Source of the DNA: Microcystis aeruginosa NIES-2549
GTDB lineage: Bacteria > Cyanobacteriota > Cyanobacteriia > Cyanobacteriales > Microcystaceae
Length of the DNA: 32,000 nt
Assembly: GCF_000981785.2 (NCBI RefSeq)
Contig: NZ_CP011304.1
Coordinates: forward strand, 1,200,001-1,232,000
Reading direction: 5' to 3'
In this document: piece after piece, positions 9,215 to 18,000 of the stretch
Layout of the letters: every line of letters begins with the position of its first letter
Position numbering within the stretch: position 1 is the first letter of the stretch
Position numbers and translations under genes: made by a program
The notes under the pieces: generated by a model
What the model was told of the DNA's origin: nothing
Database searches by the model: none
Seen by the model: the letters and a program-made list of their open reading frames with translations, nothing else

Positions 9215-9290
9215 GATCCCCCCTGCCTCCCTTGATAAGGTAGGGTTGATTCATGAATCAACCCTACCCTTGATAAGGGGGGTGTCTGAT
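9215..9290. repeat. Composite palindromic element; possible terminator for the UPF0182 gene
   Basis: A perfect 15-bp inverted repeat ggtagggttgattca/tgaatcaaccctacc (9239-9253 / 9254-9268) is flanked by the direct 12-mer cccttgataagg (9229-9240 and 9267-9278). It is also bracketed by C6 (9218-9223) and G6 (9277-9282). A T5 run follows at 9293-9297. Confidence 0.55.
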
Positions 9291-9463
9291 AATTTTTAAA
9301 GCCTACCTACTTAAATTGCCGCTAATTTGTGGCCAATTAGCAAGAAAGCTGATGCTGGTTCCAGAACAATCCTCAATATCCCCAAATTCGCCCAGAAAAT
9401 TGCCTGCTCTGGTTAATCAGCCAATTTTAAAATCCACTATCATCAAAGGATTGAGTTATGCTT

Positions 9464-10495
9464 TTAATTAGAAAAGTGGGCAATTAATTCTGTGCGAGAT
9501 GAATTAATTATTAAAGGGGTAAACTCCTCCACTGGTAATAATAAAATGCGATCGATAATTACGGATAAATCTGGGTCTAAACTACCAAAACGAGCTTTCA
9601 ATAAATTTTCTATCACCAGACGTTCTCCTTGTTGAAGACCCTGTTGAAGACCCTGTTGAAGACCCTGTTGAAGACCCTGTTGAAGACCCTGTTGAAGACC
9701 CTGTTGAAGACCCTGTTGAAGACCCTGTTGAAGACCCTGTTGAAGACCCTGTTGAAGACCCTGTTGAAGACCCTGTTGACGGCCAGCATCCAGTTCTTCC
9801 TGAAGACGGGAAGTGTATAAAGGTGATAATCTCATAATTAACTCTCTGTCCTCCTGTTCAAGCTCTTGATCGTTAGTTAAAGAGGTTCTCAAGTTTAATA
9901 ATAATTCTAGAGCATTTACCCGAAAAGGATGATCCTCTGGTAACGATTCTAGCTCATCGATCGCCCTTGCTTGTACTTTTCCCCGGCCTAAAATTCTTAA
10001 CCAGAGAGTTGCTTCTGTTGGGGGTAATTGATGGATAACAGTGATTGCCGTGCGTAAAGAGGGAGCTAAAAAATAGATACCTTCCCCCCAATTCTCCTCA
10101 TCTAATTTAGCTCCGAATCCTCCTAACAGTTGCGCGGAAGCGGTGGGAGTCAAAATCCAGAGACGGGGGATTTCCCCATCGTTAACATTCGTTTTCTGAC
10201 GATTTGCTTGACGATTAATTTCCCCTTCCACTTGCAACAATTTTAACAGACAAGTCCTAATTTCTGTAGCGGTGACAGGATTGCGAAAGGGTTCAAATAA
10301 ACAGGGATTAATCGCCATTTTTCCCAGTAATCCCAGCAGCTCTCTAGGATTATTATCGAGAATATTCGGTGAAAACCAGACATCGATTTCTCGTACTTCT
10401 CCGCGTACAACCCGTGCCGATTTTACCTCTCCCAGAGAAGATAATAATTCTTCGAGATAATCTTTGGCAAACTGGTCATGAATAAATCTAGTCAT
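9464..10495 (-). CDS. DUF4351-type cyanobacterial protein (possible Rpn/PD-(D/E)XK nuclease-like N-domain) with an internal (QQGL)n repeat
   Basis: 343-aa ORF. The C-terminus [39 protein letters not shown] matches the DUF4351 pattern, which normally follows a short Q/E-G-rich linker. The N-terminus reads [13 protein letters not shown] ... EIDVWF. The ATG lies 4 nt downstream of the uvrB stop. Confidence 0.6.
   Translation of the reverse strand: MTRFIHDQFAKDYLEELLSSLGEVKSARVVRGEVREIDVWFSPNILDNNPRELLGLLGKMAINPCLFEPFRNPVTATEIRTCLLKLLQVEGEINRQANRQKTNVNDGEIPRLWILTPTASAQLLGGFGAKLDEENWGEGIYFLAPSLRTAITVIHQLPPTEATLWLRILGRGKVQARAIDELESLPEDHPFRVNALELLLNLRTSLTNDQELEQEDRELIMRLSPLYTSRLQEELDAGRQQGLQQGLQQGLQQGLQQGLQQGLQQGLQQGLQQGLQQGLQQGLQQGLQQGERLVIENLLKARFGSLDPDLSVIIDRILLLPVEEFTPLIINSSRTELIAHFSN
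9631..9779 (-). repeat. Perfect 12-bp tandem repeat, 12 full copies plus a partial; in frame, encoding (QQGL)12
   Basis: The plus-strand unit gttgaagaccct runs uninterrupted from 9631 to 9774 with no substitution, then gttga. On the coding strand the unit is CAACAGGGTCTT = Q-Q-G-L. Confidence 0.95.
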
Positions 10496-10499
10496 AGGT

Positions 10500-12503
10500 T
10501 TATCTAAGATGATTTAATAACTTATCTCGTAATTGCTTAATCCGATCACGATATTTAGCCGCTGCCTCGAATTCTAGATTTTTCGCCGCTTCTTTCATTT
10601 GCGCTTCTAGTTGTTGAATTAACTCGGGAATTTGTTCCAAAGAAAGTTCTTCTATATTCTCACAAACCTGCTCTAATTGTTGGGAATTTAGGCGACGGGA
10701 AATATCCAGAAAAGCCAAAATTGAATTACTCGACCTTTTAACAATCGGTTGCGGAATAATCCCATGTTTTTGGTTATATTCCTCTTGAATAGCTCGTCGT
10801 CTCTTGGTTTCTTCGATCGCATTAATCATACTATCGGTGAGATTATCTCCGTAAAGAATTGCCTGACCGCGAATATGACGAGCAGCCCTGCCGATAGTTT
10901 GAATTAAAGAGCGGGTAGCCCTTAAAAATCCTTCCTTATCTGCGTCTAAAATCGCCACTAAAGACACTTCCGGCAGGTCTAACCCCTCGCGAAGCAAATT
11001 CACCCCGATCAGCACGTCAAAGACCCCTTCTCGCAGGTCTTGGATAATTTCAATCCGTTGAATTGATTGAATTTCCGAATGTAGATATCTAACTTTAATT
11101 CCCCTTTCTTGCAAGTATTCGGTTAAATCTTCCGCCATGCGTTTAGTTAAAGTGGTAATCAAAACCCGTTCATTTAAACGCACTCGCTCCTTAATTTCCC
11201 CTAATAAATCATCCACTTGTCCCTCGGTTGGTCGCACAAAAATCTCTGGGTCTAAAACTCCCGTCGGTCGGATAATTTGTTCGACAATGCGATTTTCTGA
11301 CTGTGCTAATTCCCAATCTCCCGGAGTAGCCGAAACAAAAATACATTGATTAACTTTCTGCCAGAATTCTTCCGACTTCAAAGGACGATTATCCGCAGCA
11401 CTGGGTAAACGAAACCCGTGATCGATCAAAACTTTTTTTCGTGATTGATCGCCATTATACATCCCGCGAATTTGCGGCACACTAACATGAGATTCATCTA
11501 CAACTAATAACCAATCTTGGGGAAAATAATCCACCAAACATTCCGGTGGTTCCCCCGCTAACCTACCCGCTAAATGCCGCGAATAATTTTCCACGCCATT
11601 ACAATAACCCACTTCCTGCAACATTTCTAAATCATAACGAGTCCGCTGATCCAAACGTTGCGCTTCCAGTAATTTGCCCGCTTTTTCTAACTCCAATAAA
11701 CGGTTATCTAACTCGGTTTTAATATCCCGACAGGCTACCTCTAAACGCTCCTCCGGGGTAACAAAGTGACGGGCCGGATAAATACTAATTCGCTCTAATT
11801 TTTGCAAAACTTCCCCCGTCAAGGGATCCAGATAACGAATACTTTCAATCTCATCGCCAAAAAAATCAATTTTAATCACCCGATCCTCGTAAGCGGGGAC
11901 AATTTCCAAAATATCGCCCTTGAGACGAAAACGACCGCGAGTTAACTCCAAATCATTGCGATTGTACTGCACTGACACCAAGGCCCGTAATAATTGCCTT
12001 TGGTCGAACTCTTGACCAACTGTTAAGGAAATCGCCGCTTTTAGGTATTCCGCAGGCATTCCTAAACCATAAATACAACTAATGGAAGCGACGACGATCA
12101 CATCCCTGCGTTCAAACAGCGATCGCGTGGCCGAATGGCGCAGCATATCGATCTCATCATTAATCGAAGAACTCTTTTCGATGTAGGTATCGCTGACAGG
12201 AATATAAGCCTCCGGTTGATAGTAGTCGTAATAGCTGATAAAGTATTCCACGGCGTTATTGGGGAAAAATTGCCGCAATTCGTTACATAATTGGGCCGCC
12301 AAGGTCTTATTATGGGCTAGGACAAGGGTAGGCCTGCCGATTTTCTCGATCACAGCGGCAATGGTGAAGGTTTTGCCGGTGCCGGTTGCCCCTAGGAGGG
12401 TTTGGAAACGCTGCCGGTTTTGCAGGGAATCTACCAATTGATCGATCGCTGCCGGTTGATCCCCGGTGGGTTGAAAGGGTGCTTGTAGTTGAAAAGCGGA
12501 CAT
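10500..12503 (-). CDS. uvrB: Excinuclease ABC subunit B
   Basis: 667-aa ORF with Walker [10 protein letters not shown], the DESH box (VVDESHV), helicase motifs, and the C-terminal UVR domain ([16 protein letters not shown]). Confidence 0.97.
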   Translation of the reverse strand: MSAFQLQAPFQPTGDQPAAIDQLVDSLQNRQRFQTLLGATGTGKTFTIAAVIEKIGRPTLVLAHNKTLAAQLCNELRQFFPNNAVEYFISYYDYYQPEAYIPVSDTYIEKSSSINDEIDMLRHSATRSLFERRDVIVVASISCIYGLGMPAEYLKAAISLTVGQEFDQRQLLRALVSVQYNRNDLELTRGRFRLKGDILEIVPAYEDRVIKIDFFGDEIESIRYLDPLTGEVLQKLERISIYPARHFVTPEERLEVACRDIKTELDNRLLELEKAGKLLEAQRLDQRTRYDLEMLQEVGYCNGVENYSRHLAGRLAGEPPECLVDYFPQDWLLVVDESHVSVPQIRGMYNGDQSRKKVLIDHGFRLPSAADNRPLKSEEFWQKVNQCIFVSATPGDWELAQSENRIVEQIIRPTGVLDPEIFVRPTEGQVDDLLGEIKERVRLNERVLITTLTKRMAEDLTEYLQERGIKVRYLHSEIQSIQRIEIIQDLREGVFDVLIGVNLLREGLDLPEVSLVAILDADKEGFLRATRSLIQTIGRAARHIRGQAILYGDNLTDSMINAIEETKRRRAIQEEYNQKHGIIPQPIVKRSSNSILAFLDISRRLNSQQLEQVCENIEELSLEQIPELIQQLEAQMKEAAKNLEFEAAAKYRDRIKQLRDKLLNHLR

Positions 12504-12695
12504 TAGCGGCTAGGTGTAGAGAACAGGCAAAATAAATTATCAATCAAATTACCAACACTGATAGGGTTTTGGGGAAAGAAAGATGTATCTTAATATTAGA
12601 GAGGATTTTAAAAAAAGATTAAAAGTCTTCGAGAATACCCTAAACTTAAATCTTATCGTTTCCCCGAAGCTATTAACGGAAAGGAGTATCAGGTT

Positions 12696-13187
12696 ATGAC
12701 GGTGGAAAATCTAGAAACGAACGGGACCCAAACCCCAGCAACCACAGAAGAAAAGACCAGCAGCTCACGCGGCAAAGCTACTACGGCTAAAACCGCCAAA
12801 GATAAAGAAGTAGTCGCCCTTTCGGTGAAAAACAACGCTGAATCGGCTTCCAAAGCCTTAAAATTCTATCAACCTGAACATCGCTTACCCGAAAATCGTC
12901 CTGTTGGTACTAGCCATCTTCACTTCACGGAAGATGAAATGTTACCCGGAGGCCGTCCCGTGGAAGTTAGCCATCTGAAAGTGGTTAGTACCTATTCTTC
13001 CGTCGGTGGATTGCGTCCTGTCGGCTCTAGTGGTATGGAAGTTAGCAGCACTCTAGCGATTTCTGGCAATCGTCCGATCGCTCTTAGTCATCTGCACATT
13101 AGCGAAACCTATACAGTCATGGGTAATCGTCCCGTTGCTTCCAATGAAATCGATGATCCCGAAACTTTAATGGGATTTTTGGATTAA
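12696..13187 (+). CDS. Hypothetical repeat protein: basic S/T/K-rich N-terminus plus five repeats of about 19 aa (RP[VI]-x-x-S-H-L)
   Basis: 163-aa ORF with an AAGGAG Shine-Dalgarno about 9 nt upstream. Arg-Pro pairs sit at residues 68, 87, 107, 126 and 145, a spacing of 19-20 aa. No family recognised. Confidence 0.6.
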   Translation: MTVENLETNGTQTPATTEEKTSSSRGKATTAKTAKDKEVVALSVKNNAESASKALKFYQPEHRLPENRPVGTSHLHFTEDEMLPGGRPVEVSHLKVVSTYSSVGGLRPVGSSGMEVSSTLAISGNRPIALSHLHISETYTVMGNRPVASNEIDDPETLMGFLD

Positions 13188-13267
13188 TTGTTTTGTTGAT
13201 CAAGATAGATTTTTTCCCTGTCCCGGACGGGGAATTTATTTTTTCTAGCCCACCGTTTTTAATCCCG

Positions 13268-14020
13268 ATGCTGTTTAAGCAAAAATTGTTCTTAATTGTC
13301 TCGTTTCTAATAGTGGTTTTTTGTGGTTTCGGATTATTAAATCTTACCTACGATGCTTCAGTTTTAGCACCGCAGCAATATTATCAGATTCGATCGCTTC
13401 ATAGTCGCGATGGTATCGGTAAATTTTATCTAGGACGGGAAATCGCTAAAGTCATGGGACACCAAGAAATGTTATGGTTAGAACGTCCTAGTCGCCGTTT
13501 CACAGAAAAACCCGATGATCTGATCACCGCACTACATCTAAAACCCACAGATCTAGTGGCAGATATCGGAGCGGGGACAGGTTATTTTAGTTTTCCTCTG
13601 GCGAATTTAGTAGAACAAGTTTTTGCCGTCGATGTGCAACCGGAAATGTTAGGGGCAATTGATTTTTTAGCCGAGGAAAATCAAGTAAAGAATATAACCA
13701 CAATTCTCGCCACAGAAACCGATCCCAAATTGCCTATAAATGCGATCGATTTAGCTTTAATGGTCGATGCTTATCACGAGTTTTCCTGTCCCCGCGAGAT
13801 GATGGAGAATCTGGTCAAATCCTTAAAACCCGCTGGTAGGGTGGTATTAGTAGAATACCGTCGTGAAAACCCTCTGATTGCCATCAAGGCCCTTCATAAA
13901 ATGACCCGCAGACAGGTAGAAAAAGAAATGGCCGCCGTCGGTTTAGTGCCGGAAGAAATTATCGAGACTTTGCCCCAACAACATTTAATGATTTTCCAAA
14001 AGGCTGGTTCTTCTGGTTAA
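13268..14020 (+). CDS. Class I SAM-dependent methyltransferase with an N-terminal membrane anchor or signal
   Basis: SAM motif I VADIGAGTGYF, post-I FAVDV, and motif-III-like KPAGRVVLVEY. I chose ATG 13268 (MLFKQKLFLIVSFLIVVFCGF...), which gives a hydrophobic N-terminus; the ORF track starts at TTG 13193. Confidence 0.8.
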   Translation: MLFKQKLFLIVSFLIVVFCGFGLLNLTYDASVLAPQQYYQIRSLHSRDGIGKFYLGREIAKVMGHQEMLWLERPSRRFTEKPDDLITALHLKPTDLVADIGAGTGYFSFPLANLVEQVFAVDVQPEMLGAIDFLAEENQVKNITTILATETDPKLPINAIDLALMVDAYHEFSCPREMMENLVKSLKPAGRVVLVEYRRENPLIAIKALHKMTRRQVEKEMAAVGLVPEEIIETLPQQHLMIFQKAGSSG

Positions 14021-14069
14021 TTTTATCGGCAAGCTTGGGTATCATAAGATTATCTAGGTAAAGAGGTAC

Positions 14070-14597
14070 ATGAAAATGGACATCGATGATCGAGTAGATT
14101 CTCTCTATAAACTAGCTAGAAATTATCCAGATAATCGGGAGTTACAAGAAGCGGTTGCTGTAATTAAGTCCCTGCGAAGCTCTCAAGGACAATATAAACG
14201 ATGGAATCAGCAATATCGAGATGATAATAGTCATTTAAAAGACCAAATTGTTGAAATATCTGCCACTAATATTGACCTGCAAAAAGAATTAGATTCTTTA
14301 AATTCAGAAATGCAGAATTTAACTGAAGAAAAAGCCAAAATTACGGCGGAGAGAGAGAAAGTTATTGCTGAATTAAAGCAGATCCAAATGGAAGTAAAAG
14401 TGGCGGCTTATAATGTCCGTAGTACCAAGTCTGTATATGGAAAGCTAACTATTTTATGGACTCTAGTAAAATCTCTATTTCTCGATGATAACTGGGAAGA
14501 TTTTGGTTCGATCGATAATAACTTGCCCTCCGATCCTGACCGGCCACAAATGGGGAGTGGTCAGTCAAATATCAACAAATCTTTGCTAGATAAATAA
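14070..14597 (+). CDS. Hypothetical coiled-coil protein
   Basis: 175-aa ORF with AAGAGG 5 nt upstream of the ATG. A heptad-like central segment (HLKDQIVEISATNIDLQKELDSLNSEMQNLTEEKAKITAEREKVIAELKQIQMEV) is followed by an amphipathic/hydrophobic stretch (GKLTILWTLVKSLFL). No family recognised. Confidence 0.5.
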   Translation: MKMDIDDRVDSLYKLARNYPDNRELQEAVAVIKSLRSSQGQYKRWNQQYRDDNSHLKDQIVEISATNIDLQKELDSLNSEMQNLTEEKAKITAEREKVIAELKQIQMEVKVAAYNVRSTKSVYGKLTILWTLVKSLFLDDNWEDFGSIDNNLPSDPDRPQMGSGQSNINKSLLDK

Positions 14598-14621
14598 ATC
14601 AGTTAAGGAGTAAAATCAATC

Positions 14622-15020
14622 ATGTCTAGAATCAGTAAATTAATTGCTAACCTAGAAGATTTGCACCAGCAGGATATAAAAAATGCCGCCCAAGTTTACG
14701 GAATTACGGCCACTCTGACTCTCCGCTTGCAAGAAGTTTTAAATAGTTTAAGCGATCATGATTTGAATATTGCCCATAAGTCTTTGCCCGAAGGAAATTT
14801 AACTAAAGATGATATTATCTCCCTTTACGGTAACTATAATAATGCCTATAAAGCTTATAAAGAAGCCTACAATATTAAATGCTCAAAGGGATGGGAGGCA
14901 TTTTTACAAGCGATTCATGGTTTAAAACCTCCCAGTCCTTCTCTTAGTTTAGAGCAGCGGGTTGAACAGTTAGAGAAAACGGTAAAAACCTTAGTGGAAA
15001 TTCTCCTCGATAAAACTTAA
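14622..15020 (+). CDS. Hypothetical small helical protein
   Basis: 132-aa ORF with AAGGAG 12 nt upstream. It starts 24 nt after the preceding ORF. No family recognised. Confidence 0.5.
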   Translation: MSRISKLIANLEDLHQQDIKNAAQVYGITATLTLRLQEVLNSLSDHDLNIAHKSLPEGNLTKDDIISLYGNYNNAYKAYKEAYNIKCSKGWEAFLQAIHGLKPPSPSLSLEQRVEQLEKTVKTLVEILLDKT

Positions 15021-15032
15021 ATCCAACTGAAC

Positions 15033-18000
15033 TTAATCCACGGAATTTTCTTTTTGGATTAATACTTCACCAGCGATTAAACGTTGGGCTGCCGACAGTA
15101 AAACATCCTCAATACAGGGCTTGACAAAATAACCTTTTGCTCCTTTAGCGGCGGCGAGATGCTCCATTTTTGGCGTCCCTCGCGAGGTAATCATCGCCAC
15201 TGGTATCCCCTGAAGTTGTTCATTCTCTTGCAGACGAGAGAGCAATTCTAACCCATTCAGGCGAGGCATTTCGATATCGCAGAGAATCAGATCACAAGCC
15301 AAACCGGCCCGTAATTTTTCCCATGCTTCTAAACCGTCCCGGGCCTGTTCAATGCGATAACCAGCTTTAACCAAAGAAATCGCTAACATTTCCCGCACTA
15401 TTAACGAATCATCGACAATCAAGACGAGAGGACTCGATTGTGCCAGCAAATTAGCGGGATTACTATCAATAATCGTTGTATCAGAGGATAAAGACTGATT
15501 AAGAGTCGCTTTAATACTATTAGCTAGTAATACTTCCCCCGCAATCATTCTTTCAGCTGCCCAGAGTAAATCTCTTTCCGTGTAGGGCTTGGTAAAATAA
15601 CCACTAGCCCCTAATTTCGCCGCCACCTGACGATGACGTTCCGATCCTCGGGAAGTCAACAAAGCCACGGGAATCGCCGCTAATCTGTGGTCTTTTTGCA
15701 AATTAGACAGTAATTCTAGTCCATTCATGCGGGGCATCTCGATATCGCAGAAAACGATATCACAGGGCAAACCACCGCGTAATTTTTCCCAAGCTTCTTG
15801 ACCATCCCGGGCCTGTTCCACACGATAACCGGCTTTAATAAAGCTTAAAGAGAGCAATTCCCGGACAGTAATCGAATCATCGACAATCAGAACCATAGCC
15901 TCGGATTTTTGGCTAGTTTCCACATCTACAGGGGGGGCAGATTGGCGCCAAAGACCACCGTTATCGATACGCAGACGACCCCTGGCGATGTCGATTAACT
16001 CTAACACATCGCCGACGGGCATCACCGTACCATCCCCTAAAACCGTCGCCCCAGCAATCCCAGCCGTTTTCGGAATCGGTCCTTCGATCTGTTTGATGAC
16101 GATTTCCACTTCACCGATCACTTGATCCACCTGTACCGCGAGGAGATGATTACCACCGCGCAGGATCACGATCGAAAAAGAGTCTTCCTCCTGTTTGCCA
16201 GTGTAAAAACTACCGCGACTTAGTTGTCGATTGCAAGAAAGCAATTCGCTCAAGGGTTGGAAAGGCAGTAAAGTGTTTTGCCAGAAAACACAGGGCCGTC
16301 CCTCCCCATCTATTTGGATATCGCTGGCCCGGAAATCCTTCATATCTTCCACTCCGTCCATGGAGAAACCGATGCGAGCATGATTACTAACGCAACAGAG
16401 GGCCTTACAGATACTCAGGGTTAGGGGTAAACGGAGCGTAAAAGTGCTTCCTTTGCCCAGTACCGAGTCAATAGTAACGGTCCCGCACACATCGATTAAA
16501 CTGGTACGCACCACATCTAAACCCACCCCACGACCGGAAAAATCATCGGCCTGATCTTTGGTAGTAAAACCGGGGTGAAGAAGAATTTCATAGACTTCTT
16601 GGGTACTGAGGTTTTGAGCTTCCCGATGGCTGATCAGGCCTTTTTCGATCGCCTTAAGTTTAATCAGATTAGCATCAATACCAGCCCCATCATCACTAAC
16701 GGTGATCACGGTTTGATTTCCCTGTAGGAATGCCCCCACAGAGATCTTACCGAGGGCGGGTTTGCCTTTGGCCATGCGTTCTTGGGGTGATTCAATGCCG
16801 TGGGTGATCGCATTGTTGACCAGATGGATCATGGGACTATTGAGATGTTCAAGGATCATCTTATCGATGAGAACATCACCCCCTTCCACTTTTAATTTGG
16901 CTTGTTTGTGCAGTTTCAGGGAAATATCGTGAATTGCCCGGGGTAGATGATCGGCAGTTTGACTAAAGGGAACCATGCGTGATTTGGTCATCCCTTCCTG
17001 TAGTTGGGTGGTAGCCTGTCGCAGACTGCGCGTCACCTGATCGGTTTCATCGACGACAAATTGAATATCAGAGGCCGATTCTCGCACTCGCACGATCAAT
17101 TCGATCATCTCTTGGGATAATAAGTGGAAATCGGTAAAACGGTCGATCTCTAGGGCATCTAGTTCCCCGGTCATGGCCGAATCGCCCTGATTTTCTCCCT
17201 TAACTCCACCGTAACCGATGGCACCGCTAGAATTGCCACTAGCCAGTAAAGCCCCTTCTAGGAGGGTTCTTTCATAGAGCTCCTGCATCCGAGCGCCCAC
17301 ATCGCTGAGATTTTGGACTTGGTTAAGCAAATTATCTAAAAAGAGACGCAGGCGATCCTGTTCCTCTTCCAGGCGATTGCGTTTAATCACCAGTTCCCCG
17401 ATCAGATTGCTGAGGTTATCCAATTGTTTGATCGGCACCCGCATGGTCTGTTCAAAAGCTTTACTGACAAGAGGACGCAGGTTATTTAACCCGACCGGTG
17501 GACTGAAACTGGCCGCCGGAGTCGCTGCCATCACCTGATTGGTTTCTTCGAGGAGTTTTTCTAAATCTTTGAATTCATCCTCTGGGGAGCTTTCTGGGGC
17601 AATTTCCAGTGATTCTAACCGTTGGAGAGGTTCTGTCGCGGCCACCGGAGCCGCTGCTGTGGATTCCCAGAGGAAGACCTCTAGGGATTCAAAGATGTCT
17701 GGCAGTGGCGATTGCTCTGGTGGAGTGGGTTTTTCCAGAAAAGCTTCTAAGTCTTCGAGGCTGTCGTAAAAATTCGGGTTGCTGATGGTTATAATTGCTT
17801 CTGAGTCCCGCACCGCTGCATTTTCTAGCAGCAGCGATTCCAGATAATCCCAATCTTCTGGTTCTGACTTGGGAGCAGTCCCACGGGTAGAATAAAAATC
17901 ATTAGTGGCGGCTTCTTCCCAATTGATGCTATCGCCAAAAAGTTCCTCTAATTCCTGTTCTAAGGGCAAGAAAGACAGGGTTTGGTCAAGAGAAGCCCCA

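Noticed and set aside
9208-9227. ggttcgatccc string resembling a tRNA T-arm; possible tRNA fragment or att site
   Set aside because: There is no complementary 5' half for a T stem, no acceptor stem, and no match to the 3' end of the tRNA-Ser in this window. No integrase or island-like content nearby.
9631-9779. Tandem repeats (also 26819-27121) considered as CRISPR arrays
   Set aside because: The units are 7-12 bp and directly abutting, with no unique spacers and no cas genes. These are micro/minisatellites, not CRISPR.
9629-9820. Plus-strand ORF encoding (LKTL)n, 63 aa
   Set aside because: It is only the antisense reading of the 12-bp repeat. It has no sequence outside the repeat that looks like a gene, and the minus-strand frame belongs to a long ORF with recognisable family features.
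12696-14020. Repeat protein plus adjacent methyltransferase as a multi-core RiPP precursor with its tailoring enzyme
   Set aside because: The repeats are not bounded by recognisable protease or recognition sites. No protease, cyclase, YcaO, rSAM or transporter gene lies nearby. The 163-aa size and basic disordered N-terminus fit a scaffold protein better. Retained only as a remote alternative.
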